DNA from: Candidatus Multivorans sp.
Lineage (GTDB): Bacteria > Acidobacteriota > Thermoanaerobaculia > Multivoradales > Multivoraceae
Assembly: GCA_965224025.1 (NCBI GenBank)
Contig: OZ245033.1
Location: 3,008,001 to 3,072,000, forward strand
Direction: 5' to 3'
DNA length: 64,000 bases
Shown here: in pieces, positions 40,501-49,300 of the stretch
How positions within the stretch are numbered: position 1 is the stretch's first letter
Layout: each line of letters opens with the position of its first letter
Position numbers and translations under genes: made by a program
The notes under the pieces: generated by a model
What the model was told of the DNA's origin: nothing
Database searches by the model: none
Seen by the model: the letters and a program-made list of their open reading frames with translations, nothing else

Positions 40501-41100
40501 ATTACATCCATGAAGGGCGGCGCCGCGAGCTTCGTCAAGCACGAAGCGACCGGTCGCGTGGGCCTCCTGCCGCACATTTTCCCTGAACCTCAGGTTGGTT
40601 GCAAAGGCGCCGCGGGCGAGCCATGCATTGTCGGTGCGGCCAGTGACTGGATACTGGTTGGTCGTATCGTGGACTCCCATGAGGAGTTCAGCGGTCCGAT
40701 CGAACGAGAGCCGCGCAAGACCCTTCGCGTTAGTCTGCAGCGGCGTGGCAACGCCGACTTCGTCAGGATCGGCACGATCGTCGCGGCCGCAGATCTCTTG
40801 GGCGGTGAGCGCGGCACGGGCCTGCCCCTGCCCGAGGGCGTGCTTCTCAGTCCCGGGAGGGAGTATGCATCTCCCGACGACTTCGACAAGATCGGCCTTG
40901 TCTACTACTGGGATATCACCATTGAAGACGACCCGGTTCGTTGCGCTGCCGGGAGCCGGGATCGGCGCCAACCGCAGAAGGTCGCGATGACGGTGACCAG
41001 TGGGCTGGAAGGTGCGATTCCGGCGTTCGCAGGGGGCCAGGGTCCCAGTTATGGCTTCGAGGTCGTCTGCAAGGCTGATTCTGCTTCCTCTGGCCGGTAG
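37540..41100 (+). CDS. Secreted ExeM/NucH-like extracellular nuclease: LTD - Pro linker - OB folds - EEP domain - FN3 - unknown Cys-containing C-terminal domain
   Basis: Signal peptide, ITEIMNNP..GEWFEL, IQGSG..SP, SLNALNL, DILGMQEV, DRPPL, GDFNA, LDH, SDHDG. Confidence 0.85.
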   Translation: MGCVGRVAVGCVLVLSGAAAGFGGDIVITEIMNNPGGPPGNLVPDSAGEWFELYNDDSDPTNMVDINGWTVEEADRSPSFTINNGGPLNICGGCYLVLGINADMAANGGVTVDYDYPNSWSLNNGSDSIVLRDRNDAVKDSVAYDNGATFPDPNARSMSLRATNLPNEVGSNWCEAPATPTYGDGRNSGTPGAANDCVGAAPPPPPPPPPLPPSTFTGEIFQIQGSGATSPHVDASVTTENNVVTAVGTDGFFMQTPAARSDNDPNTSDGIFVATADTPTVSVGDLVNVTGEVEEFFGFTRFASGSTVTAAGSGTVPAPVEFNAARPSPDPDSPSCALEYECYEGMLVRVAVGTIAGPSQSFRTDPIAEMFVTPTAERSFREPGLVYPGHASYPNVPVFDGNPQVFELDPDKLGLTNVSLVPGSTFSATGGLGFEFGNYELWPSALTVLTEATLPRPVRQKKPGEITVGSLNALNLLSSRATTKLTKLSLYIREVLGSPDILGMQEVGTIADLTALADRIKMDDPSVVYTPYLEEGPIPDRIDVGFLVRSRVEVGSVIQYGKNEPNPDDLTGESILNDRPPLLLRATVDGFSLAVMVVHNRSLIGVATELRVRTKRLAQAQFVAELAQSLQDSRLIIVGDFNAYQFTDGFVDVIGQISGTAIASQAVESGPNLVYPSLFNAINLLPASERYSYLWPCDSSARDGPRDCEAQILDHALVNATLRPYVVGMQFGRGNAEARSAHSSGRTTPLATSDHDGFVVYVSPPARPPSAPSQLTVATISDIELKLSWRDNSNDETEFAISSRGPYDTRFARIRTAPANTTSLVVGDLLPDSTYTFVVEACKGSSCSDPTAEVSGSTGINVTLDAPVAGRHVALYFKGSGGFVGQAAPDLASTEDVDESVVTFLVTCGNRTMSREAEKDDSGIVRQVFNQDNGLACNEGGSIEMHGLMDGGWYWINDENNSAVSSLILKAALGNAQTKPIDPGGVTITSMKGGAASFVKHEATGRVGLLPHIFPEPQVGCKGAAGEPCIVGAASDWILVGRIVDSHEEFSGPIEREPRKTLRVSLQRRGNADFVRIGTIVAAADLLGGERGTGLPLPEGVLLSPGREYASPDDFDKIGLVYYWDITIEDDPVRCAAGSRDRRQPQKVAMTVTSGLEGAIPAFAGGQGPSYGFEVVCKADSASSGR

Positions 41101-41301
41101 TTCACGTCCGAGTTCGAGAGAATTGCCGGCGCCACACGGCGGACCGGCAGAAGCTCGCGTTCCTGGGGTTACTCCGGCGTGTACCACATCGGCGAGGTGT
41201 AGGCGCGTCGCCGGGTGACCATGTAGCCGGCGGTCCGGTGGGCTATCGTCGGCCGGTCGAAGGCGGCGGACTCACGCCGCCTGGAACTCGGAGGCAGTCG
41301 G

Positions 41302-42351
41302 ATGAGTCAAAGCGGGAACGCGTTGAAAGCGGTTCAACTGGGTCGGAAGAGCGGACTCCGAGTGTCGGAGTTGTGCCTGGGGACCATGAACTTCGGCGAG
41401 CCGGGCCGGGGTCACCAGGGCGACTGGACCCTGGACATGGATGCGTCGCGCCCGATCTTCCAGGCCGCGGTCGAGCATGGCCTGTTCTACTTCGATTGCG
41501 CCGACATCTATGGCATCGGCGCCTGCGAGCGGGTCGTCGGTTCGCTCCTGCGGGAACTGCTTCCGCGGGACGAGTACGTCCTCTCGACCAAGGTCTCCAT
41601 GCCGATGGGCAGATCGCCGAACCAGGGCGGACTGTCGCGAAAGCACATCATGGAGGGGGTCGACGGCTGCCTGAAGCGGCTCGGCCTCGACTACGTCGAC
41701 CAGTTGATCATCCACCGCCACCCGCACGGCATTCCCGGCCAGGTCAGGGCGCCGATCGAGGAGACGATGGAGGCTCTGCACGACGTCGTCAAGGCCGGCA
41801 AGGCGCTGTACCTGGGCGGCTCGTCGATGTACGCGTGGCAGTTCGTGGAGCTCCAGATGACGGCGCGGCACAACGGCTGGACCGAGTTCGTCTCGATGCA
41901 GAACCACTACAACCTGGTGTACCGGGAGGAAGAGCGGGAGATGAACCCCTACTGCGCCCGGACGGGCGTTGCGCTGACGCCGTGGTCGCCGCTGGCGCGC
42001 GGCATCCTCACGGGCTCCTACAGGGGCAGCTTCGATGAGGGGGGCACCGACCGCTCGAAGGGCGGCGACCGGGCGCGCACGGAGGGCCTGTACAGGGGCG
42101 CCGCGACCTTCGATATCGCCGACCGCGTGGTCGAGGTGGCGAAGAAGTACGGCCGCACGCCGGCGCAGATTTCGCTTGCCTGGCTGGTGAACAAACCCGA
42201 GGTCTGCGCACCGGTCGTGGGCGTGTCGAAGGTGGGTCAGCTCGAGCAGCTTGTCCAGGCGACGAAGATCGAGCTGGAAGCGGCCGATGTCGAGTACATG
42301 GAGGAGCTGTACCAGCCGGTGGAGAACCTGCTGGCGCTTGGGCATTCCTGA
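41302..42351 (+). CDS. Aldo/keto reductase, copy B
   Basis: Differs from 30684-31733 at 7 of 349 aa by my count. Confidence 0.93.
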   Translation: MSQSGNALKAVQLGRKSGLRVSELCLGTMNFGEPGRGHQGDWTLDMDASRPIFQAAVEHGLFYFDCADIYGIGACERVVGSLLRELLPRDEYVLSTKVSMPMGRSPNQGGLSRKHIMEGVDGCLKRLGLDYVDQLIIHRHPHGIPGQVRAPIEETMEALHDVVKAGKALYLGGSSMYAWQFVELQMTARHNGWTEFVSMQNHYNLVYREEEREMNPYCARTGVALTPWSPLARGILTGSYRGSFDEGGTDRSKGGDRARTEGLYRGAATFDIADRVVEVAKKYGRTPAQISLAWLVNKPEVCAPVVGVSKVGQLEQLVQATKIELEAADVEYMEELYQPVENLLALGHS

Positions 42352-42436
42352 GGAGGTTGCGTCCGCGCGGCGCGGCGCACTCCCAGGCGCTATCATCGGC
42401 ACCGGTCTTCGCGCTCCGACAGAGGGGGAACTCCGG

Positions 42437-44293
42437 TTGCAGCATCGCGCCCTTCCAGGAATTCGCGCGGCAGCGGTGGTCGCCTGCGCGCTTTCGCTCG
42501 CGGCGCCGGCCCTTGGCGCGCCGGTCGACTCCGCAGTGCATGCCTGGATCGGCGACCTCGAAGCCCTCGCTGAAGCGGAGTTCGGCTACGAGCAGGCGGC
42601 GCATCTGCTGGAACGCGCCGGTTTCGGCGGTACGCCGGTGCAGATCGAGGAGCTTGTTGCCTTGGGCCTCGAGGGTGCGGTCGCGAGGCTGGTCGACTAC
42701 GAGTCGATCGACGATTCCGGTCTCGAGGCGTTCGACGAGTCGGGAATCTGGGACGTTGGGATGGACCCGTTCCCGGCCAGCCGCGCCCAGGCGGTGCGGA
42801 TAGGGCGCCGGAACGGCCATGCCCTGGGCGTCGACGTGCTGCCGGAGGGTTCCTCGCGGCCGCTCCAGCCGGTGGTCGACAAGTTCTTCTACGGTCTGCG
42901 CAGCAACGTCCTGGAAACGCGGCGGCTGGCGCTGTGGTGGGGCGACCGCATGGTCGCGACGCCGCGGCCGCTCGAAGAGAAGATGACCCTCTTCTGGCAC
43001 GACCACTTCGCGACCTCGGAGGTCAAGGTCCGCGACGTCCGGAAGATGGCCGTGCAGAACCGGACCCTGCGCGCCCACGCCACCGGCGACTTCCGCGGTC
43101 TGGTGCTCGCGGTCATGCGCGACCCGGCGATGCTGGTCTACCTGGACAACCGGGAGAACGTGAAGGACCACCCGAACGAGAACTTCGGCCGGGAGCTGCT
43201 CGAGCTGTTCACGATGGGCCTGAACAACCTGGGAAACGCGAGCAACTACACCGAGCAGGACATCCGGGAGGCGTCGCGGGCGTTCACCGGCTGGACCAAC
43301 GAGGTGCTCGATTTCCGCTTCGACGCCGAACTTCACGACGACGGAGCGAAGACGTTTCTGGGGCGCGAGGGCAACCTGGGCGGTGAGGACGTGCTCGACA
43401 TCATTCTCGAACAACCGGCGACGGCGGAGTTCATCGCCGGCAAGGTGTACCGCTACCTCGTTCGCGAGGATCTGGAGCCCGCGCTCCAGGCGGAACTGGG
43501 ACGCCGCCTTCGGGAGTCCGGATACGAGCTGAAGGCCCTGTTGGGAATGATCCTCTCGTCGCGCGACTTCTACAGTCCGCCGTCGGTCGCGACGCAGATC
43601 AAGAGTCCGGTTCAGCTAGTCGTTTCGACCTATCGCAAGCTCGGGGTCAAGACGGCGCCCACGGTGCCGGATTTGGGCAGCCTGACCGGGCGCCTGGGGC
43701 AGCAGTTGCTCTACCCGCCGAACGTCGCCGGCTGGGCCGGCGGTCGGACCTGGATCACGCCGGCGACGTTGCTCGAACGCGGCAACGCGATGCGTTCCGT
43801 GCTCTTCCCGCCCAGGCTCGAGGAGTTCGGACATCCGGACCGGCGCATGCCGGGCATCTACCGGCAGGTCGGCGAGCGACTGGCGCGGGGAATGACGATC
43901 ACCGCGGCCACGAAGCTGGGCGATGCGGCCTCGAACGCGATGGCCGACGCCGACGAGGAGTACAACACGCGTTACGGCGGCTACCGCGGCTACGCGATGG
44001 CGTACGAGCGGGTCAAGCTTGTGCCGCGTCATGTCCTGGACGTGGACCTGAGGGCGATGGTTCTGGCGGCCGGAGCGACCGACGCGGAGGGCGCTGTCGA
44101 CCATCTGCTGCGCCGGTTCCTGCGCGTGCCGGTGACCGACCCGGGCCGCCAGGCGATGGTGGACTACCTGGCGGCGGAACTCGATTCGACCGGGCTGGAC
44201 GAAGAAACCGAGGGCGTCTCGGCGAAGGTGGAGAAGGCGCTCCGCTCGACGCTCTACCTCATCTTCAGTTCGCCGGAGTACCAGTTGGGCTGA
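42437..44293 (+). CDS. DUF1800 domain protein
   Basis: AAHLLERAGFG, LEEKMTLFWHDHFATS, DPAMLVYLDN, NENFGRELLELFTMG, PPNVAGW, SPEYQL; probable TTG start after AGAGGGGG. Confidence 0.88.
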   Translation: MQHRALPGIRAAAVVACALSLAAPALGAPVDSAVHAWIGDLEALAEAEFGYEQAAHLLERAGFGGTPVQIEELVALGLEGAVARLVDYESIDDSGLEAFDESGIWDVGMDPFPASRAQAVRIGRRNGHALGVDVLPEGSSRPLQPVVDKFFYGLRSNVLETRRLALWWGDRMVATPRPLEEKMTLFWHDHFATSEVKVRDVRKMAVQNRTLRAHATGDFRGLVLAVMRDPAMLVYLDNRENVKDHPNENFGRELLELFTMGLNNLGNASNYTEQDIREASRAFTGWTNEVLDFRFDAELHDDGAKTFLGREGNLGGEDVLDIILEQPATAEFIAGKVYRYLVREDLEPALQAELGRRLRESGYELKALLGMILSSRDFYSPPSVATQIKSPVQLVVSTYRKLGVKTAPTVPDLGSLTGRLGQQLLYPPNVAGWAGGRTWITPATLLERGNAMRSVLFPPRLEEFGHPDRRMPGIYRQVGERLARGMTITAATKLGDAASNAMADADEEYNTRYGGYRGYAMAYERVKLVPRHVLDVDLRAMVLAAGATDAEGAVDHLLRRFLRVPVTDPGRQAMVDYLAAELDSTGLDEETEGVSAKVEKALRSTLYLIFSSPEYQLG

Positions 44294-44325
44294 GGGCGCC
44301 CGCAGCCAGGAACCAAGGAGCCGAC

Positions 44326-45582
44326 ATGCCTGAACGACTACCCTGCGGCTGCTCGCGGCGCGGCTTTCTGCGCCGGGGCCTCTACGGCATCGGCGTTGCC
44401 GCCGGCCTGCCGGCGGTGCTGGGCCGGGCTTCCGCGGCGCTCGCGTTCGAGGAACTGCAAGGCGGCGTCACGGACGCGTCGCGACGGATCCTCGTCGTGG
44501 TCGAGCTGTCCGGCGGCAACGACGGCCTGAACACGGTCGTCCCGTTCCGCAACGACGAGTACTACCGGGTCCGGCCGAACCTCGGCATCCGCCCGCGGCA
44601 GGTGATCGGGCTCACCGAAGAGGCCGGGTTCCATCCGTCGCTGAGCGGCATGGAACGCCTGTACAAGGAGGGGCAGATGGCGGTGGTCGAAGGCTGCGGT
44701 TACCCGAATCCCAGCCTCTCCCACTTTTCGTCGATGGGCTTCTGGCACACGGGCGTACCGAACGGCGGCGAGGCCCTCGGCTGGCTCGGCCGCCTCGCCG
44801 ACGATCACGGTCCCGACGGCACCCCGAACTACATCGTCAACGTGGCCAGGTCGCAGTCCCTCGCGGTGCGAGCCGCCCGCCACTCTCCCCTGGTCTTCGA
44901 CGATCCGGGCCGTCTGCGGCGTCAGGGCACGCCGCGGCAGAAGCGGGCGCTCGCGCAGCTCGGCAGCGACGAGACCAGCGGCAACGATGCCCTCGACTTC
45001 CTGCGCGGCACGGCCGCGGACGCCGCCTCGAGCGCGGCTCTGGTGCGCGACGCCTGGTCCGGCTACAGGACGCCGGTGGACTACGGCATCGGCGGGCTCG
45101 GCGCCGACCTTCGCAAGGTCGCGGCCCTGATCCAGGCCGAGCTGCCGACTCGCATCTACTACGTCAGCTTCCGCGGCAACTCCTTCGACACCCATGTCCA
45201 CCAGGCCGACACCCACGCCCGCCTGCTCATGTACATGTCCGACGCCGTCGCGGGCTTCATTCGCGATGTCGAACGGATCGGCCGCGCCGACGACGTGGCG
45301 GTGCTCATGTTCACCGAGTTCGGACGGCGAGTGGAGGAGAACGGCAGCCTCGGCACCGACCACGGCACCGCCGGACCGATGTTCGTCGCCGGCAAGGGCG
45401 TTTCCGGCGGCTTCTACGGCGACATGCCCAGCCTCACCGACCTCGACGACGGCAACCTCAAGATGACCACCGACTTCCGGCGCGTCTACGCATCGATGAT
45501 CGAGGGCTGGATGGGCATGGACGATGCCTCCGCAGTTCTCAAGGGCGAGTTCCCGGCGCTGCCTGTGTTCGGCGTGACGTAG
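44326..45582 (+). CDS. DUF1501 domain protein, Tat-exported
   Basis: SRRGFL, LSGGNDGLNTVVP, FDTH..Q, TEFGRRV.ENGS.GTDHG. Confidence 0.9.
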   Translation: MPERLPCGCSRRGFLRRGLYGIGVAAGLPAVLGRASAALAFEELQGGVTDASRRILVVVELSGGNDGLNTVVPFRNDEYYRVRPNLGIRPRQVIGLTEEAGFHPSLSGMERLYKEGQMAVVEGCGYPNPSLSHFSSMGFWHTGVPNGGEALGWLGRLADDHGPDGTPNYIVNVARSQSLAVRAARHSPLVFDDPGRLRRQGTPRQKRALAQLGSDETSGNDALDFLRGTAADAASSAALVRDAWSGYRTPVDYGIGGLGADLRKVAALIQAELPTRIYYVSFRGNSFDTHVHQADTHARLLMYMSDAVAGFIRDVERIGRADDVAVLMFTEFGRRVEENGSLGTDHGTAGPMFVAGKGVSGGFYGDMPSLTDLDDGNLKMTTDFRRVYASMIEGWMGMDDASAVLKGEFPALPVFGVT

Positions 45583-45712
45583 GCTTCGCGGGCCGGAAGG
45601 ATCATCCGGCTGCGAGGACCAGAGCCGGAACTGAAACCGGACGGCACGGGAGGCCGCTGAGCGGGATGGACAAGCGGGATCTGACCGAGCTTGGTGTTGC
45701 GAGGGCCGGCGC

Positions 45713-46860
45713 ATGACTCGCGTACCGGTAGCCGCGGAGATGCTCCGCTGGGCCTGCGAGCGCTCCGGTCGCGGCATGGCGGACCTCGCCGCCCGTGTTC
45801 CTCAGCTTCCGGCCTGGGTTCGAGGCGAGAGACAGCCGACGCTCAAGCAGTTGGAGAAGCTTGCCACGGCTACGCGGACGCCGTTCGGCTATCTGTTCCT
45901 GGCCGCGCCGCCGGAGGAGCGTCTTCGGTTCCCGACTTTCGCACCGTGTGGGGTGCTTCCCGGGCGAGACCGAGCCCCGACCTGCTGGACACGCTGTACA
46001 GCATGCAACGTCGCCAGGAGTGGCTCCGGGAGTGCTTGATTGAGAGCGACGTGGAACCGCTGTCGTTCGCTGGAAGCGCCCGCCTGACGGATGACCCGGC
46101 CTCCGTGGGTCGGGAGATGCGTCGAGCACTCGGCCTCGATGGCGGTTGGGCCGCGGGAGTGAGCACCTGGCGGGACGCCGTGAGCGAGCTTCGCCGGGCC
46201 ATCGAGCAAGTCGGCGTGATGGCGGTGATCAACGGAGTAGTCGGGAACAACACGAGCCGGAAGCTGAGCGTGGAGGAGTTCCGCGGCTTCGCGCTCACGG
46301 ATCCCTATGCGCCGTTGATCTTCGTGAACGGCGCTGACGCCAAGTCGGCGCAGATGTTCACCCTCGCCCACGAACTGGCCCACATCTGGCTTGGCACGGC
46401 GGGCGTCTCCGGCTTCGAGTCTTTGTTCCCTGGCGGCTCGGACGTGGAGGACTGGTGCAACGCGGCCGCGGCTGAACTCCTCGTCCCTTCGGAGGAACTT
46501 GCATCGCGTTGGCACGAGGTGAAGAGGGGTCCAAGGCCGTTCGAGACGCTCGCCCGGGCGTTCAAGGTGAGTCCGGTCGTTGCCGCCCGCCGAGCCCTGG
46601 ACCTGAGTTTTGTCGGCCGCGACGCCTTTCACGACTTCTACAGGGAGTACGTCAGACACGATCTCGCGGGTGGCGCGAGTTCCACCGGGGGCAACTTCTA
46701 CAACAACCAGAACACTCGTGTCGGCGAGCTGTTCGCGTCCCATGTGCTCCGTGCGGCGATGGAGGGCCGCATCGGATTCAAGCAAGCCTACGACCTGACT
46801 GGCATGCGTGGAGGAACCTTCCAGAAGTACGCGAGGCGACTAGGAGTGAATCTCCCATGA
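45713..46860 (+). pseudogene. HTH + ImmA/IrrE family metallopeptidase, frameshifted
   Basis: MLRWA...PTLKQLEKLA...PFGYLFL HTH; -1 shift ~45925 (LPVPDFRT expected); FTLAHELAHIWL HExxH. Confidence 0.85.
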
Positions 46861-47380
46861 CGAACGGCACGACCTACCTCGTGGACTCGGATGTGTTCAT
46901 CACGGCGAAGAACCTCTACTACGCGTTCGGCCTTTGCCCCGGGTCTGGAAGAGCGTTCTGCACCACCACCGGAAGGGCCGGATCTTCAGCGTCGACAGGG
47001 TTCGCAGCGAACTCCTCGCGGGCAGCGAGACAGAGGATCTCGTGCGGTGGGTCAAGGGAGAAGTTCCACGGGAGTTCTTCCTCCCGGTGGATGCCGATGC
47101 TGTCGTGAGTGCCTACACCGAGATCATGATGTGGGTACAGCGCCACGGGAGGTACTTCGACCACGCCAAGGCGAAGTTCGCCACGGGCGCGGACGGCTGG
47201 TTGGTCGCCTGTGCATGGGTTCAGGGCGCCGCCGTGGTCACGAACGAACGGGAGGCGCCGGAGTCCCGGAGGGAGATCAAACTGCCCGACGTGTGCGAGG
47301 AGTTCGGTGTGGAGCACCCCAACGTCTTCGAGATGCTTAGGGCGCTGGACGTCCAGTTCGACTGGGCGGAGGACCGTTGA
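46857..47380 (+). pseudogene. DUF4411-like PIN-domain protein, frameshifted
   Basis: YLVDSDVFITAKNLYY.F..CPG(F)W with -1 shift ~46944; ADGWLVA.A, VVTNE, IKLPDVC; ATGA overlap with the peptidase. Confidence 0.82.
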
Positions 47381-47402
47381 GCGACCCTAGAAGGTCTGCG
47401 AG

Positions 47403-48035
47403 CTACCGGATCTCGACGTAGCGCGCGAGCCGCTCGACCTCGTCGTCGTCGACGTACTTGACAATCTCGCGGCGGAACCGGGCCATCGCCTCGTAGGGCC
47501 GATACTCCTCGAACTCGTGCCGCATCCGGCGGCCCACGCCGGGGATGCTCAGGATGTCCTCGCCCGAGGCGGTGTTCAGGTCGATGCGGACGTACACGTA
47601 CTGAGCGAGTCTCTCGACCTCGTCGTGGTCGACGTACTTGCCGATCTCCCGGTGGAACTGGGCCAGCGCGGTGTAGGGGCGGTACTCCTCGAACTCATGG
47701 GTCATCCGCCGGCCGACGCCCGGGATGAGGCCGATTTCCTCGGAGGTCGCGTTGGTCAGGTCGATGGGGACCCAGATCGCGCCGTAGATTGAGTCGAACC
47801 CGTCCTCGGCGACGTGTTTGGAGATCACGGCGTGGAGGTCCGCGGCGCGCAGGAAGGGACGGCCGTCGAATAGAGCCTTGACCGCGTCACCGTCGAGGCC
47901 GCTGATTGCCGCGAGTTCCTCCTCGCTGGCGAGGTTCGGGTTCAGCAGGCCGTTGTTGGCGCCGACCTGTGCGGCGGCGGGGATGGCGAAGATCAACAGG
48001 ACCGTCGTGATCCACATTAGGGCCGAGCGTTTCAT
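47403..48035 (-). CDS. Secreted helix-hairpin-helix (ComEA-like) repeat protein
   Basis: Signal peptide; LNPNLASEEEL; two near-identical repeats of IPGVGRRM.HEFEEYRPY...F.REI.KYVD.DEVERL. Confidence 0.8.
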   Translation of the reverse strand: MKRSALMWITTVLLIFAIPAAAQVGANNGLLNPNLASEEELAAISGLDGDAVKALFDGRPFLRAADLHAVISKHVAEDGFDSIYGAIWVPIDLTNATSEEIGLIPGVGRRMTHEFEEYRPYTALAQFHREIGKYVDHDEVERLAQYVYVRIDLNTASGEDILSIPGVGRRMRHEFEEYRPYEAMARFRREIVKYVDDDEVERLARYVEIR

Positions 48036-48065
48036 GTCGAGATGCGTCCTCGTGTGGCTAGTGGG

Positions 48066-48542
48066 TTAGTTGTGCGGGGCGGCAGGGTCCGCCGCGTCGC
48101 CGTCAGGTGACGTGGCGGCGGAGCCACCGCCGGCCGCGGGGTGCTGGAGGGCGATCAGTATACCCAGCATGCCGAGGAGGATCATTGCCCCCGGAGCCAG
48201 GGTCGGCATGGCGCCTCCGAGACTCTCCGTGACGAGTTCGAATCCGCTGGAGTTCGGGTGGAGCTCACGCTCGAACTCGACATTCGACTGCTAGTGGAAG
48301 TAGACGTCCAGCAGGCCCGCCGGCACGTGCGCCGCCAGCAGGATTCTGAATGCTTGAATAGACCCTCGGGAAGGACGCACCGCCAGCCACACACCGGACA
48401 GAGTTCCACTCACCAGAAGCACCAGAGGGATCCACTGCCTCCAATCCACGCAATGGTCCAGCAGATACAGCTCCGCCAGTAGACCCACCGCCCCGAAGAG
48501 CAGGATGTACAGCAGGTACCGCCGCCAGGCCTCGATCATCAC
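48066..48542 (-). pseudogene. Small multi-TM membrane protein with an in-frame TAG
   Basis: ELYLLDH...QWIPL...YFH-TAG-QSNVEFERE...PTLAPGAM; same frame continues to the TAA at 48066. Confidence 0.65.
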
Positions 48543-48734
48543 GGAGTTCCGAATCGCCCCCTCACGACGACCCTACCCCCATACGAGGGGGCCGCACGCA
48601 GCCGACCGACGACCTCCAGCCTGCGGAGGGGTTCAGGGGGACGGGTCCCAGGTGGCTCGGAGCGAGCGACGCCCGACGCCTTGCAAGCGGCCGACGCCCA
48701 TCCCGAGCGAGCGGAGTGCAGTTAGGTGCTCCGA

Positions 48735-48878
48735 TGAGGGCATCGAGCGTGAGCTGGCGGAACGGGCCCTGGCCCACGCGGTCGGGAGCCAGGTCGAGCA
48801 GTGCTACGCCCGTAGCGACGTGCTGGAGCGCCGCCGAGAGGTCATGGAGGCCTGGGGCGCGTTCCTGGTCGAGTCGGT
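48735..48878 (+). pseudogene. Tyrosine integrase (P4-like) C-terminal remnant, copy 1
   Basis: ELAERALAH.VG..VE..YARSD.LERRREVM.AW..FL. Confidence 0.8.
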
Positions 48879-49105
48879 GCTAGCGGCGGTGGCGGAAGTC
48901 GGATGTCTCGTCCGCCGGGTGTCCGACTCGAAAGGTACCAAGACCCCACAGTGCTACGCGCGCTTCGCCCGCTCCGCCCGTGGAGCTAGCGAGGGAGGGC
49001 CTGCGGCCCCCCTTCGAACCCCCCCGGCGCGTTCTGTTGCCGCGAGTGAGAATCGACGCGACCATGCACGCGTTCCGCAGTTCGTTCCGGTCCTCGTGTT
49101 CCCGC

Positions 49106-49248
49106 CGAGGGGATTGACCGGGAGCTGGCGGAGCAGGCCCTGGCTCACGCGGTCGGGAGCCAGGTCGAGCAGTGCTATGCCCGCAGCGACGTGCTAGACA
49201 GTCGCCGGGAGATCATCGAGTCCGGCGCGTTCCTGGTCAGATTCGGTC
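49106..49248 (+). pseudogene. Tyrosine integrase C-terminal remnant, copy 2
   Basis: Direct repeat of copy 1 (CACGCGGTCGGGAGCCAGGTCGAGCAGTGCTA identical). Confidence 0.8.
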
Positions 49249-49300
49249 GCCGACAGGGCACGGAACCGGCTTTCCCGGTCGGCGCCACTGAGTCGGCCCA

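Larger units (their letters stand above)
37090..42495 (+). repeat. Copy B of the diverged direct duplication
   Basis: Starts with a TPR C-terminal fragment (QGLQQLEKALEIDPDHPRARE); collinear with 27722-31900. Confidence 0.85.

Noticed and set aside
30684-42351. Duplicated segments as DGR template/variable repeats
   Set aside because: Mismatches are mostly synonymous and not adenine-specific; no reverse transcriptase in the window
48543-48570. Degenerate tRNA 3'-end-like string at the island's left edge
   Set aside because: Weak match that coincides with the RBS region of the minus-strand gene; no intact tRNA nearby
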